Source: Lingula anatina
Taxonomy: Eukaryota; Animalia; Brachiopoda
DNA length: 64,000 nt
NCBI GenBank assembly: GCA_051362555.1
Contig: CM120642.1
Span: forward strand, 31,372,001 to 31,436,000
Direction: 5' to 3'
This document shows, one piece after another, positions 1 through 14,500 of this stretch (the first letter of the stretch is position 1; each line of letters starts with the position of its first letter). A program made the position numbers and the translations under genes. The notes under the pieces were generated by a model. That model was not told the origin of the DNA. It worked only from the letters and a program-made list of their open reading frames with translations, and ran no database searches.

Positions 1-1413
1 GTCAAAAAAGTATCCATATGTCGGCAACTACTGCATAGAAAATTTTGAAATTTTGCAAGCAAGTCGTCGGGTTTGCAGTGTGTAAAATGAGCTATGCAGT
101 GCTCTACAATTATGTTAATCTGTGGCAGAATGGCGGGAAAAAGACAGGCATTGCCAGGCAGGCAATTGCGCCAAACGAAACGGTCCGCACTGTTTTACAG
201 AGTAATGCCCAGACTGATGTACCTACACAGAGGCCACACCCAATGTATTGAAATCTTACCACCAGGGTACAGGACCCACTGTCTTTCGGGATGTGCTGTT
301 GCAAATAAACAAAAACCACCAAGTCCGTTCAGAATGAGGGGTAAATTACCACCAAAACGCATTTTTCAAGGCCCTTAGCGAACACCAAACTGGTTTTAGC
401 AGGTTTGAATACCAGACGACCTCCGAGGAACCCACTGTAAACAGCAAAACATCGTTGTATGTTTCTCTATTGAATTGAGGACCTTGGCTGTTTCTGGGTT
501 GAACACTGAAATCTCGTGGCTTTCTTTATTGAGGTCAGATTTCACCTGTACCGCTCAACAGTCAAAACAGAGTTTACAGACATCCAGAAGAGGCCAACGA
601 CGAAGCGTGTGCCGCGTCTAAAGTGACTAAGGTCATTAACAGCGTCAGTATTTGGAGTGGATACCACATTGGTGCCAAAACACCAATGGTAGTCATTGAC
701 GAAAACCTGAACCAGATCGATTAAAGAAATAATCTGGGAACCACTTGGCTATCATTTGATAGGGGACAACTTAGGAACAATTTTAGGTTGCATGGTGAGA
801 TTGCCGGTTCACACAGAGCACTTTTAATAGCAGTTTACTTACAGAACCAAGGGAATGAGCAGCTACCTTGGTCATCAAAATCGCCATATTTGAACCACAG
901 AGACAATATGTTGGTAGGCCATTACTCTCCGAATCAATGGCCTACATATCCTACAACAATATTGGACCAAATTGGGAAGATTTTGACCGATGCATGGAAT
1001 GTTATTCCAGATTAAACTTTAAAAACCTATCCCAAGGAATACCTTGCCACTTGAGAGCGCTAGTAGCAGCCAGAAGAAGTCAGGCGTAACAGCGACCGTT
1101 ACTGTGACTAGAAACTGACATGAGGGTCTTTTGTGGAGCGTTTAACTCTTTTACAGACAATAATTTGGAAAATATGGAGGTCCAAAATATCCCTTTTAAT
1201 GGTTGTCGTATGACATAGAATAGGCAATGTGTTTTTGTTTGCTTCTCTGGCGAATTCCATTGATGAACTGATGTCACAATGACATCAAAGAGATAATTAA
1301 AAGTTATTAAAACACGATTTTCATCCTTATTTTCATTTATCAGTCTGCAAAATAGGAAAAAACTGATGAAAAATGATTTGGAAAAAAATATTCCATATTA
1401 AATGTCAAGTCTG
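1..1413 (+). mobile_element. Decayed Tc1/mariner DNA transposon, copy 1 (left end lies outside the window)
   Basis: Frameshifted transposase C-terminus (HRALLIAVYLQNQGNEQLPWSSKSPYLNHRDNM...LTDAWNVIP; LRALVAARR) resembles the Tc1 WPSxSPDLNPIENxW...RLRAVIAAxG motifs. The right TIR ...ATATTCCATATTAAATGTCAAGTCTG ends at 1413 and is followed by TA. The sequence is a diverged reverse complement of 47831-49245. Confidence 0.9.
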
Positions 1414-1725
1414 TATATACATATCTTCGCTCTCCTCCTCCTACATTACATGTTGTCGGCAAATGTTGTTCAAGTACGGATCTGTTAAATGCCCTGATTT
1501 TAGTTCCATTTTGGTGGTGAGCCTTCCGATGCAAAAACTTCATATTTAAAGTACACGGTTTGTTATCAAAAGCGCGCCCACGCGCTCATTTCAGAAGCAT
1601 AGGATGATGCCTGCGTAGGTCAATTCATGTGGTATAAAACAAGCCTCAAATACGATACTTGCCGTTTGCGATCACGAGCCTCAGAATTTTGAGTTCGAAC
1701 GCCTAAATTAACGACTCGAACCACG

Positions 1726-1874
1726 GGGAACTCTCGCTTAATGCAATCAGACCAACCGACTTAAACTCTTCTTTTTTCCAACTTATTTGTTTAATCACCA
1801 GATTTTTGCATTGTACTCGACGCCAGGATGAGGCATGTAAGTCTGTTAATCTGATTGCATTCAGCGAGAGTCCC
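1726..1874. mobile_element. MITE-like short element with about 38-bp imperfect terminal inverted repeats
   Basis: GGGAACTCTCGCTTAATGCAATCAGACCAACCGACTTA (1726-1763) is an imperfect reverse complement of TAAGTCTGTTAATCTGATTGCATTCAGCGAGAGTCCC (1838-1874). Confidence 0.6.
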
Positions 1875-3313
1875 AGTAGAGTTAGTACGCATTGGCTAGG
1901 TCGACAAAATTATTTGGGAACGGTCCCTTTACAGGTGCCTTGTTACCAAGAGCGTGCATTGAAGGGATGATGTCGATATATAATAAGGAAATTTTACAAA
2001 ATGTCAAAGATGAGACAGCATGGCAACTGCGCGCTGCAGTAAACCACACGCTGGAAATTACAGCAACCAATCTATTATTTCAATACACTGCGTCATCACT
2101 GACCAATTATCTGTATATAGTGATATCTTCACTGCGCAAGTAAACAAGTAAACTCTTTTCTAGGCAAGTATTTAGTACGTCTTCAGCACGCTCTCTATGC
2201 GTCAAACACTGCGTCACGTGCGCTATTTCATAACTTTATTGCGAAATAGATAGGGAAATGATGTTCATTTCTATAAATTAGAAATCGTTCCGACCTCTGC
2301 AGTTGTTAAGGAATGTGAAAATTGCAACATAGCGATGAAACGTGTAAAAGACACACGTGAAAACGATTGAGTTATTTTCACTCATTAAGGCATATTTTTA
2401 AAAACTAACACCACAACAGCATAAGTGCTCTGATCGCATTTTTTTCTTTGAATAAATAACATTTATCTTCTTCCGCCTACTTTTTGCAATGAGTAAAGCA
2501 TAAGAAGCAAGAAACTCACCTATTATGAAAGGTGAGTTTTCTTGCGATTTTTCTTTCCTAGCGAAAAGTACTACGAGAAACTATCAGGCAAGCACTCTCG
2601 AAAGATCTCCCGAGAACAAGTTTCTGTCAAGAGAATATGCTTCAGTGGGCTTTGTGACCCAGATATTTACTTTCCAAGAATAATAGCAGTGAATAGAAGG
2701 GTATTCGATTCCTTGCGAGAACTTGCAGACATTTTTCTTGAAAAACGAGCACTGGAAACTGTAGAAACACGTTACGACCAGAAAAAAAAACGTATTAAAC
2801 CGGGTATGACTAGGCTCCCTTTTATATAATTACATCGGAGAAAAGAGAACCGAGGATATGATATTTTGTTTCCCCTTTTTTATTAATGATTCAAAATCTG
2901 TTCATCATAATTAAATGCCGACTGGCTTTTTATTCTTTCGTGGTGTAGCATTTTATATATTTCACCATCTTAAGCGAAGGATTTTCACCTGAATTCTCTG
3001 AGAGAAGTTCATTTAGAAGCATTCTTCTGTATATTTGCAGTCCGTTCTTGGTCTCATTTTTTTCCCGAATATATGTTTTGACCTCTATCAGGAAACTTTA
3101 AAGGGTGGGGTCATTTTTTCACCTTCCGTGAGACTCCTACCACCACACACAGTCTTGACTATGAATTTGTTATGTAACGTTCTTCTATCCCCATTAGTAT
3201 ATTTACTCATCAAATAGATAAAAGCTGGGTCGTCATCCAGGAAACTGCAACTAACGTAATAAAAAATGGAGATCATTAATTTGGCATGCGACTTTTGTTT
3301 TCATTTTTAATTC

Positions 3314-3345
<32 letters not shown>

Positions 3346-6300
3346 CATGTATTTAGTGAGGAAAAAATAAATAACACGTATAATTCTTTTATTCAGCACC
3401 TTAAAATCTTGCTGACACCAAAACCGCAGGTGAACTGAGATACACGAGTGAAGACTCACGACTGTTAATGCCAGGATAATTAAGGCAGCTTTTTAGACTG
3501 GGTTCCCATACCCAGATCGATCTAACAGGAACGATCTATCTCCGAGGGGTTTCTCTCTAAATTGCTTTCAGCTTAAGGATATTGTCGCCCTTCGCCCAAA
3601 ACTCCTTATTAAATATTTACTGCCTTACATACATTCTTCTGAGTATAAATAAATCTTCAGTGTTCAGCGACTAAATTAATTAACATTTACACATATTTCA
3701 TCTTACGGGTGACATCATAATTGCGATTTTGGGGTAAGAACTGAAAATCAGTTTCTCAAATTTCTCTTTTACCTGAGCACCCACGATCACCGTTTAACGC
3801 CGATTTAATGACACCATTTAGTACTCCAAAACCCTGCCAGCGATTTTTCATAAAAGTTCAGATTTTATTGTTGATAAAGCAACACAATGTCTTTGTTTAA
3901 TGAAAATCTGTATTTAGGGGGCTCATAACTACAGAACAAAAACATTTAAAGCAAAACAACGGCACGGGACTGTAGCTTAGACGTTCGTGGTCAACTCTGC
4001 CAATTTTCGTGATAAAATCTTGTTCAGGGATGAAGTTACGCCCCATACCGTTTGCTATCTCACCTCAAAATAGAGAGGTGTTTAACTGACGATTAAAGCT
4101 TTGAGTTGCCTATACTTACACATTGCAAAAATAATAACGCCCAGTATTTAATGTTTTCGAGGGTTTTTCATTGTTTTAAATCACCACAAAGCTAGATGCA
4201 TTATTGGATAATCAGATGCAAGAAAAAAACTCATTTTAGGTATTTGGATGATAATAAAAGGTAACAATAACCTTAATGTTATTTACGTTAATTATATATT
4301 ATGATGTTTGGCACACATCCTGAAGCTGCTAAATCATAATTATTAGATATCAAAGAGTACAAGTAATTTGCCCAAAATGGGGAAATCTTCAGTGCATGTC
4401 AAAACTCCAAAATGGTGGTATTTTCCTTTAATTCTGTCATTTTATATTTGGACTAGGTCCTATCATTGTGTTATAAAGCACACAGCTGACCATAAAATAA
4501 CAAGCCAAATCTTGTACACACACGCCAATATCATGAGACAGAATTAAAGAAATCCCGTTAAATGCTAGTGGATGGTTTTAAGGACACATTTTTTTCAAGT
4601 CAGATCTCTCTCGCGCGCGTGCACATGCGCGCGCGTCATAAGCATCTGTTTCTTCAACATGCTGTAACTATTTTGAAGGCATGGTGTTTGATGACTTCAA
4701 AGATGTTCCAAAGATTCTTGGTTGAAGCAGAGTCTGCCTCTGACTGTACAGTGATATATGTAACGGACTCATTATGTGTCAATATGGAACGTCAACGCAG
4801 CAATGTCAGTTTGGGTGAAACTTAATGAAGCGTAACAATTGGACAAAATATTTTGCTTTCAGTTGCACGAATTTTTCCTCTTGCATATTTAGACTGGAAG
4901 CTAGGATCTGTAGGAAGAAGTTGTCAATCGGATAAATGAGTTGAACTCAGTACCGAACACACTCCTCGAGGGTGACCAAAGCCTGATGGTCCATCTTGCT
5001 TGTTATCACATTTATATTATATTGATTGAAACCGTTCCCCCGACAAGTGCAAGATGAAAACAGATTTGTTTGTAACAAAACTATTATCCATGGACGAATT
5101 CTAAGGTTCTTTGCACATGAAATTCTAATAACAAACATAATGTGAAATATTAAGTCAGTCCGGAAGCGCAGAGAAGACCTTCATATGTGAGACTGACGTT
5201 TGAGAGTCGATCTTAAGAGCCTTTTATTTTCAATTTCACTCCATGATAACACTGTCTGCCATTTACTTGAGGCAAAACATACGGGTAAATACGATTACGA
5301 TTTTTCAGTCAAGTACCAATTACTCAAATGTTGATAGCGAAACCATGTGAGTAAAAGATAACAGTGTGTGCCAGAGAGCACAAGTCAATACGATGCGGTT
5401 GCACTGAAAATATCATTTGGGATGTTTTCTGCTTTTTATTGATTGAAACTTATAATCTGAGAATGCCATAAAACTGACACTGAGATGGCTTTTAAGTTTA
5501 TTAGCCTACAGCGTTTACCAGCAAACCAAGAAATTTGCATTCATAGATGAAATCACTGTATATTGAGGCATAAAAACAAGTGTTTAGAGTGTAGTGGGTT
5601 GAGTGTAGTAACGATAGTGTATTTCTAACTTTTCATAAGACATCCTTTCTTCCAATAACAGTTATCATAGCCAAAACATTCACATTTCAAGTTTTTGGTA
5701 CTGAGCTCGATTAACATAAAGACCTTAATACCGTACAAACCACTCATTTACAAAATAGGACGTACCTGCCCGCAGCCATCTAATTGGAAAATTCCACTTT
5801 TCAGACAAGATATGCCATATAAGAATCCCTTCTCAGACTCGGCTCCAGGTAACTTTGTTGCCGTTCTGAGACTCAAAGGCGTAAGGATTAAGGACGGTTC
5901 TATCACAGCCAATCAAATACCACGTTGCGTGTGTCCAATCAGAAGCCAGGATATGAAGCAACGTCAATCTTAATTACTGCTGACGTTCGTTGAAAGCCGT
6001 GATAATCCGAAAATTTGTCAAGGCCTAACCTATAACTACCCTACTTTTTTATTAGTTTAATACGCAAAAAAATCGTGTTCTTATGAATGATAACCGATGA
6101 TCTGAGATAATATGTGCCAAAAACATCTTCAACGCTTTGCAAAAGGAAAACGAAATCGTCTTTTCCAGCACCATATAATTAACTTATCTGTGTGACATGT
6201 CCACATTTTATGGATAGGTGTTCTTTTTTGTATTTTTATAATTTTATTTCTTGTTTGTCTAAACACGACTGGAACTGCACCCTTAAAGGTGTTGCGGTTT

Positions 6301-7549
6301 AAACATATGGATTCTTAAATTATCACAAAAGTCATGACTGGAGATCACACAAGAAGGCTCGTAAAGGACGCTAAAGGGCAATGGCTTGTTCAAAATAGCT
6401 TGAATTGTTTTTGGGCGAATGGAAAAGCGTACAAAAAAGTAACTGATGTTGCTTTATACTAATTGGGTCTGCAGTGGAAAGTTCATGACACCATTTTGAT
6501 TCAATTGTTGTTATTCAGCTGACGAGATCAACTTCAAATATAAACTAAACAGCACATCTTGCAAATAAAGAGGCAGCAAACAGCAAAAAAATATTTACAA
6601 AAAAAGTAATAAATTGATAAGTTAATAAATAAGTATTACAACCAAAAACTTTTAGGATATTACTCTGATGATGCTGATTTTTGAAATGAGCCTGCTTTAT
6701 ATATATACAAAGTCAGGAAATTTGAAGTAAAACCAAAATATGGTTTTGATACTTATTACTTACATAAAATATTCCTATCATGCCAATTTTTTGCGAGGAA
6801 TCTTCTTTAAGCAAATTTAAACAAATCTGCTCTGTCATTGAATTTAAATTAAACGAAAACACGACCTGGCAGCTGTAGGGATTGATGTTTCGAAAGGCGA
6901 CATCGACGGAACCGGTGTGACGAAGCTGAGGGTCCGTGTGACAGCGATTCCACCCTCCGTTTAATATTATATGGTTTAGGGTTAGCCAGACGTAAGTGGG
7001 TCAAAATCTAGGGCGAGGCCTACCTCTGCAAATTAATGGGCACCTGCCTCTCTATCATTGGGGATTTTCTGTCACGTCACACCGGCCACGACATGGACAG
7101 ACAAAGTGATCGGAATACACACACACACATACAATGATTCGTGTCCAGATTTCTGCAATTCATTTCAAATTATTCAATCCCCCCCCCCCCCCCCCCCACC
7201 GCTCGTCAGAATAAAATACAATATAACAGAATATGACAGCAAGGATACAAAAATAGTAACACTGATAATGTGGGGTTGTTTTATCATCAAAGGGCGTAGC
7301 AACAACGAGCGCTCTTGTCGTGTACAATACCACGCTCACGCAAATTGTCTGATCTCCTTTGTTCTGTCATGCAGATAATATGGCCAACTTCGCTTTAGAC
7401 ATGTAGCCGTGTAAACGATATTCAAGGTTATTTAAGTGGATTGAGATCAAGTTAGGGTAGTTCCTGTGAATCTTGAAAGTGGAGAGCACGCCCCAACATC
7501 CCGTTATTCTCCTCACTACCGTGATTAGACATGATTAGGTAGAACAGGG

Positions 7550-7583
<34 letters not shown>

Positions 7584-9877
7584 TAAAATTTCATGCATGG
7601 CGCATTCCATGAAAATTTTCATGTACTTTTCAAAAAATCTAGAATACCAAATCAAACTATAAATCTTACTAAATTTTAAAAATATGGTTTTGATTACCAA
7701 TCATAAATAAATTTAACACAGGAAGTAAATTTCTATGTAAGTTAAACTGACCCTTTCTTTAACTCACCAAAGAGCAGTTTTCTTGTTCTAGATTATACTG
7801 GTCCCGGGCCTTTGCTGCCCTCTACCAGGGCCACAGATTGCTTTTTCACCAGACATTCACAGATGTCTCCGACACATTCTGTGCACTTTTCTCTACTGTG
7901 TCATCACTTGGCTTGCCTTGCACAGAGTTGGTTTTTGCTTCACTCTCTCGAGTTGTCGCACACACAAGCAGAGCCAGACGCGGGTCATTTTATAGACGAG
8001 GTGCACGTTCACGTGTCCTTGATAAACAGACAAGACGGGTCGGGACTAAAAAGAAGGGTATGTAGATGGTACAATAAATGTCCAGACATTCATTACCATT
8101 TATTCAATTTTGGTTATCACCAGTAAATATCACATGTCAATGACACATCATACCTTCTTGGCGTTTTCCAAAAGTGTGAAAAAAGAACAACAAAAGGGAG
8201 GGCACTTCTGTACGTGTTTCACATTCCAGAAAAAGTAATAAAATGGTACCCTGAGAATAGGATGCTTGCAGACAATATTGTTAACCTATGTGCAGGATTC
8301 AAAATTATAATATCTGGTAACGTGATTGATGCTAAGGGTGCAAGCTGGTGGCCATCTTGAAGAAATTGTCCAAAGTTTGAGAATACCAGTAACTGACCAA
8401 CCCTTGTCCTGAAAACCATTTCATCGCAATTCAGAATTTTCATAAATTGTCACTTATATATCATTTATCACTTATGTTATTCAGATTTACTTATACCGAT
8501 ATAAGAGGATTTATTGCTTAGTCATATTGGAACACAAATCTGCATATAATACCTCGGATCGGAGCATCTAATTCCTTGATAATACAAATCCCAACTTGTC
8601 ATGGACCTCGTTGAAGGCTTCAGAGGCTTATTTATAGAGTATTATGACGTCAATAGGATTTCAACAAAAAGGTGGCCTACTTGGCAATTCTGTTCAAATA
8701 TATTTGTTAATTTCACACCAGTCAAGTTACACTTAATTCTTTATTAAGCTCCATCTCTATTAACAAAAATTAATATGAACAGAACTGCAGTTATATTATA
8801 TACACTGCACAGGTGTTGTACAATAAAATGATAATCATGGGCTAACAATCTACTTCATGCAAATCTAAATCATATTTAACCAGACAAGTCTATTCCTAGT
8901 TTTGACAGACTTATTAATAAAATAAAAAACTAGCTTAATATATATAAATAATATAATATATTCAAATGAGACTGAAACACGCATTTAAAAAAGTCTGAGT
9001 TGGGTAAAAACTCTTCATATAAAAGTTTGACCAAGAATTAATCAGCATAATTATTTATGACCTTGAACTGTATGTCATTTTAAAAATATAAATAGCAAAG
9101 AATTTTAAATAACAACCCAATTACACATCAAATACATTGTCCATTACATACATGCAATTATGTATTGCCCTCTAAATATATATTTCAGTATATGGAGTGT
9201 CACTCTATGAAATGTCGGCAATTGTATTAAGTAATTTTTATATTTTAAAAAGTATGGGCTGACAGCAGGTAACCTGTAAAAAGTGAACCTTCTGCATAAA
9301 AAAAGCACCAAGTATTACATTATATTACTGGTTCTAGATACTCTTCACAATGTGAGCACTCGTATGATTACTCAACAAAATGGATTGCTCCTTCTAAAAA
9401 GTTAGCCTTCTCCGTGTGAGGCCTAACCGACCTATACATAGTTCTCTCTCTGGTTTACATGTCTAGAGTTAATGGATAGATACACTTTGCCAAAACACTC
9501 AATTCCCAAACTGCAAGGACCTGTAATTCCACCCTGTACACAAGCTGTCAGGAGCTTACTACTAGTATTCCTAGTTTTCTCCTCATTGCTCATGTACCAC
9601 ACAGAAAATTAACAGGGAAAGTGAGCAGTAGTCTATCTCCATCAATAAACATTTTTTTTAATTCATTGCTGAACAGGGCAAAGGATTTAATTCTGATATT
9701 CAACACAAATGGACACTTAATCCAATTTCAGCATAACACATGTATTTCAACTAGCACATGAAGACAAACTCATTAGTATTTCTTCTCTGTACAGCATCAA
9801 GGTCCATACATAATTATTGAAGTTATATTTATACAATAAAATGTATTGTTGGGTTAAGTCAGGTGAGTAAAATCAAA

Positions 9878-9914
<37 letters not shown>

Positions 9915-11518
9915 TAAAACCATGATGACAAAACTGAGGAACTCGATTAATTGACTGATATTGTGGCAAAAATGAAATCATCCCAAACATAATAATGATT
10001 ATAGATACCTTAAATATGAAGGAATTACAAACAACAAGAATCCATTTACAAGTATAAATCTGCTTTTGACAGGATGTTTAAAAACTAATTTTGGAAAATG
10101 TGATTAAACATTATCGGAAACAGAACAGTGACAGCAACTAATGGAACTACCTCCCTTACGGAAATTTACAGAGCAACTTTGCATATAAATAGCACCATGT
10201 TTTTCACATGTACTAAACCCACTTCCAATCAGCGTTCTGCACAGCAATCATAAACACCGACAAATTACAAGTGCAAACCCTGACACAAGAGCCTAAATCT
10301 TGAAACTAAATCTAAGCTAATGCCACCTCTGAAATGCATTCTCTACACCCTTACATTCTTGGATCGTGTTAGCAGATAAAATCCCCCTCAGACACTTGTG
10401 TACTACAATATCACCTACAGTGAGTGTATAGGTGAGTTCTACCACACTTAGACATCAGACTTATTTAATGCTTCATCAGCTAAAAACAACTTAATTTTAC
10501 CTCAGGCTTAACTGTCTAAGTCACAGCACAGTATACACATGTAGGGTTTGGTCTACAGAGAGATTTTCCATTGCAACCAGAAGACTGAAACAGTCGTAAC
10601 AAAAATCACGAAAAGATTATCTGGTGGTTCAGCGATGGACTCAAGACCCAATTTTGTTCCAACCTGAACTGCATCTGAATTGGTCTTGAATGTCACCCAT
10701 GGTGGAGGAATAACCCTGGCCAACCTTACCCCGCCACAAGCTGGGAGCATGCCATTCACCACTTGAACCATCTCACCCCAGCACTTGGCAGAGGATCAGG
10801 GTTCAAGAGCACCTGCCAAGTTACCTGGTGAAGACTTCAATGAAAATTTAAACTTGATTGAATCCATCCAGACATCTGCCTCATCGGGGGAAATATCCCA
10901 ACTGACAGCTCAAGAAGACTGGTGAGACTCCTCGGAAAAATATATATGGAGGGTTTTATTCTGTGAAATGTTCACTTTTCTGCTGCAAACTAGAAAACAA
11001 AATGATAAATATAAACCCCGGCCTTGGCTTATCAAAACCCCAGGGTTCATTTAACCCATTCCCCAGGTGCTCTTCTCCCAGGATAACCCTGTCAATACTG
11101 ACCGTACTATTGCCTTATCTATATAGACTAGACTGAACCTGGGGCCAACCTTCATAAATGTCAGGAATGGCAACAGAGAAGACTAATAAAGCATAAACCA
11201 CCTTTCTCATGAACTTCCACAGCAATTCTGTCAAGAATGAAAATGGATTCTTGTTCTAATTGATGCATTATACACTGCTGCTCCGTATGTTTCATGGCCA
11301 AACTTAAGTGTATGATTAGTTGTAAAGCTGTGTTATAACAAGCTGACAAGGGCAGCTTTCTGTTTCTTCTTTTTTAATTCAAAATTTCTGAGTTAGTGTT
11401 CTATTTTCCTATTATTCTTCAACATGATGTGATGATGATTAATCATGACCAACTGGTTTTCATTTTGATAACAGTTCTCTCTAAACCACAGATGTCATCA
11501 GGAGATGAAGCTCTATTT

Positions 11519-14500
11519 CTAGTTGTGGTTTCCAAGAGGCTTCCTTTTCATCTGAAAATAAAAAAAGGAAAATATGTAATTTCAAAAACAGCTGTATAAA
11601 ATAACTATGAACATTTCAGAACTAAGAGGTTAATTCCACGTAATCAAGCTAGAAATTCAATCTTTGTGTATACAATCACAATTTTTTTAGTCCCTAAGGG
11701 CTCATTTTTTATAAAACTTTCGGTCAACACAGATCGATCCAACTCCAACTAAATGTAATCAAATAAAGAGATGAACACACCTCTTACTGGCATTGAGTAG
11801 AATACAAAAAAGCTGCTGATTATACAGGTACAGGTGTTTAAAATTTATTTTCTTGTATGTCCAAACAATTTATGATATCTGGTCTTGACATGCTAAATTG
11901 GCAAGCCATGGCTGCAATGAACTGGTAGGTTATTGTTATTTATTTATTTATTTTTTTTTTTTTTAGAACATCAATCTGATGATTTAAACTAAAATCTGCC
12001 TATTTTTTTTTTTTTTTTTCAGTCAGTTGAAGGTCATTTCATGGTAATTCCAAATAATCATACCAATCAGTTAATTTTAAACTCACTACCCTCTTAGCAT
12101 AACATATTTCTCTTTTTCTTTTTCAAATCTTTTCCTTAGTTTTTTGCTAAAAGAGACCATGATAGAGAGAGAGAGAGAGGGGGGAAGGGGGGGGAGGCAA
12201 ATCCCCAAATTTCTTCTTTTTCTTTGTCAGTTATTTCTGGTGCTTGATGCTTATATTTTTTTCTGGCACACTTATATTACTGTCATACCTTCAACAAAAA
12301 AAAATTGCTAAAATCTTTGTAACCTCTTATTTTTTTGTAATGGAATCCCTTCATTATACTATTACTTGTACTAAAGGAGCAATAACAAATCTTGGGATTA
12401 CTTCCATGACGCCTTTACAAATCAAGCAGCTGTGCTACATAATGAAAAATATGTTATGTAGTCAGGAAATAACATATTATATTGTGCCATTTAGACGAAT
12501 TCCTGTTATTTTCAATTTAATTAAAGATGACAGATATACTGACGTCAGGTAAAAGCGAGCTTCCTATTCTCCTAGCACCTGTAAATATTTGCAATAACAA
12601 ACTTACCTATATGATCAGTTCAATAGAATGCACAACACAACAGGACTGCCTATCAGTATCTAAGGCTTAATCAGTTGTTACATGTACAAATTTAAAAAAA
12701 ATCTGCCCTCTGTACATTTCCACTGAGAAAAAAATTTGCAAATATTTACTACAGATTGAAAATAACAACAGCGCTATCAGCAAAAAATTATTAACCAGAA
12801 TACAGAAATGTACTTACAATCTACAAATATAAAATTACGTCAACAAAACCCTCATTAAGCAAGGATGAAGAAGCCAATACAAAGTGCAGGTGCCCCTGTT
12901 AATTAACAGTGACACAATGGCATCCATGCCAACTTGCCAAAACAGAGTTCAAAACAGAGGGTAAGCCTATTCTTGAAAATGCTCTCCTTTAACGATAAAA
13001 GGGTGGTTAATTTTTTTAGTTGAGTCAGTAGACCCCCCCCCCCCCCCCCCCCATCATGTCCTGAGTAGAATGAGGTAAGACGGTGCATGGCTTGGTTTCT
13101 TCTTGGTTTAAATCTTCTCTCCATTTTCTTCATATTCTTCCACGCAACATGTTGATAAATGATTACTCTCACTGTTTAGGTCTATTTCAATACACAAGAA
13201 ACTTGGGACATATTCCCAGAGCTTTTAGATCGATCTATCCCCGCGGGGAGTCTCACTAGATTACTGTCAGATAATCCAGATTAAATGTCCGTCCCGCCTA
13301 CTACAAGCTGTAAGGGGGTAATTAACTTTCATGCCCGCTCGGCTGACAGCTATTTAGCGTGAACCCCCAGGGAGTTAGGTCGATCTAAAGTAGATCGATC
13401 TAATCTCTGGGAATGGGGTCTTGGGCAATTTGAGTACTAGTAACTGATATTCTACTAAGTATTCAAGTGTTATTATTTATCTCTGGACATTTTCACCAAT
13501 CCAGTCTGGTATAAAAAGTGTGAAATATTTAATGAATCCACAGCACATTTCAATAAACCTAGAGAGGCTTGAGTAAAATATAACATATATGTGGTAAAGA
13601 AAAGTAATACATAAGCTCCATGATCATATGAAATGGCACGTGCTTCAGTACATCTGATAAAATAGATTTAAATGTAGTACCGGTTCAGGATCCTTCAGGG
13701 GAAATGTGTGCGATTCAACCATAAAGAAAAAGTACATCTTACAACATATTAATGAAACATTACATCTTGGCTTTTTTCACCTTCAGTTAAGGTTCTACCT
13801 GGTAGAAAAGTCAATAAAACATGATTCTTGTCTCACAGAATCTCATGAAATGAGGCAACAAAGTGCCCTTTTTGATCCAGACAGGTGAGTTAAGAACTAC
13901 TTTTTACACACGCCATAACTAACCATATCCTGTCTAATTATTACAACATGATTTAAGCTGTAACATTGCCACCTGACATGTACCTTTCCTGTCACTTCTT
14001 ACTAATTTTCTTTTGATTTAAGTGAAAACAGCAACATCAATACCACCTCATAAGGAAAATCTTATCAATGAAGTACATTTGTTTTATTTTATTTTATTAT
14101 TTATTTATTTTATTATTATTTTTTTTTTTTAGGTTGAGAAGGTCAATTGTTTCTTTCTCTTAATGGTACTTTTCATGATATTTTTCTCTCTTTTTTTTGC
14201 CTCATCACATGGAAAAACAACATTTGACCCCTAAAGTTAACATTATTGCTGTAAAATGAAAATTTATGAGACAACATTTGTTTATAGAAAACTATTAGTA
14301 TCATTTTCATGCTGGTCGTGATTTGTGGCTCCCATACAAGCATCCCACCACCATCAAAAACACATTCATCACAAGCTTCATTTTCAGGAGAGATCAAAAC
14401 TGTGGTCCTTAACGTAGGCTTAAAGAAATATTTCTTGGCAGGGTCATTCTCTAGACCAGCTAATTGAAAAGATACTAGTAATCTATGGGGGAAAGAATAT

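Noticed and set aside
2489-2829. 95-aa ORF with an apparent 30-nt intron upstream
   Set aside because: The intron is too short, neighbouring frames have stops and no motif is recognisable; probably repeat debris.
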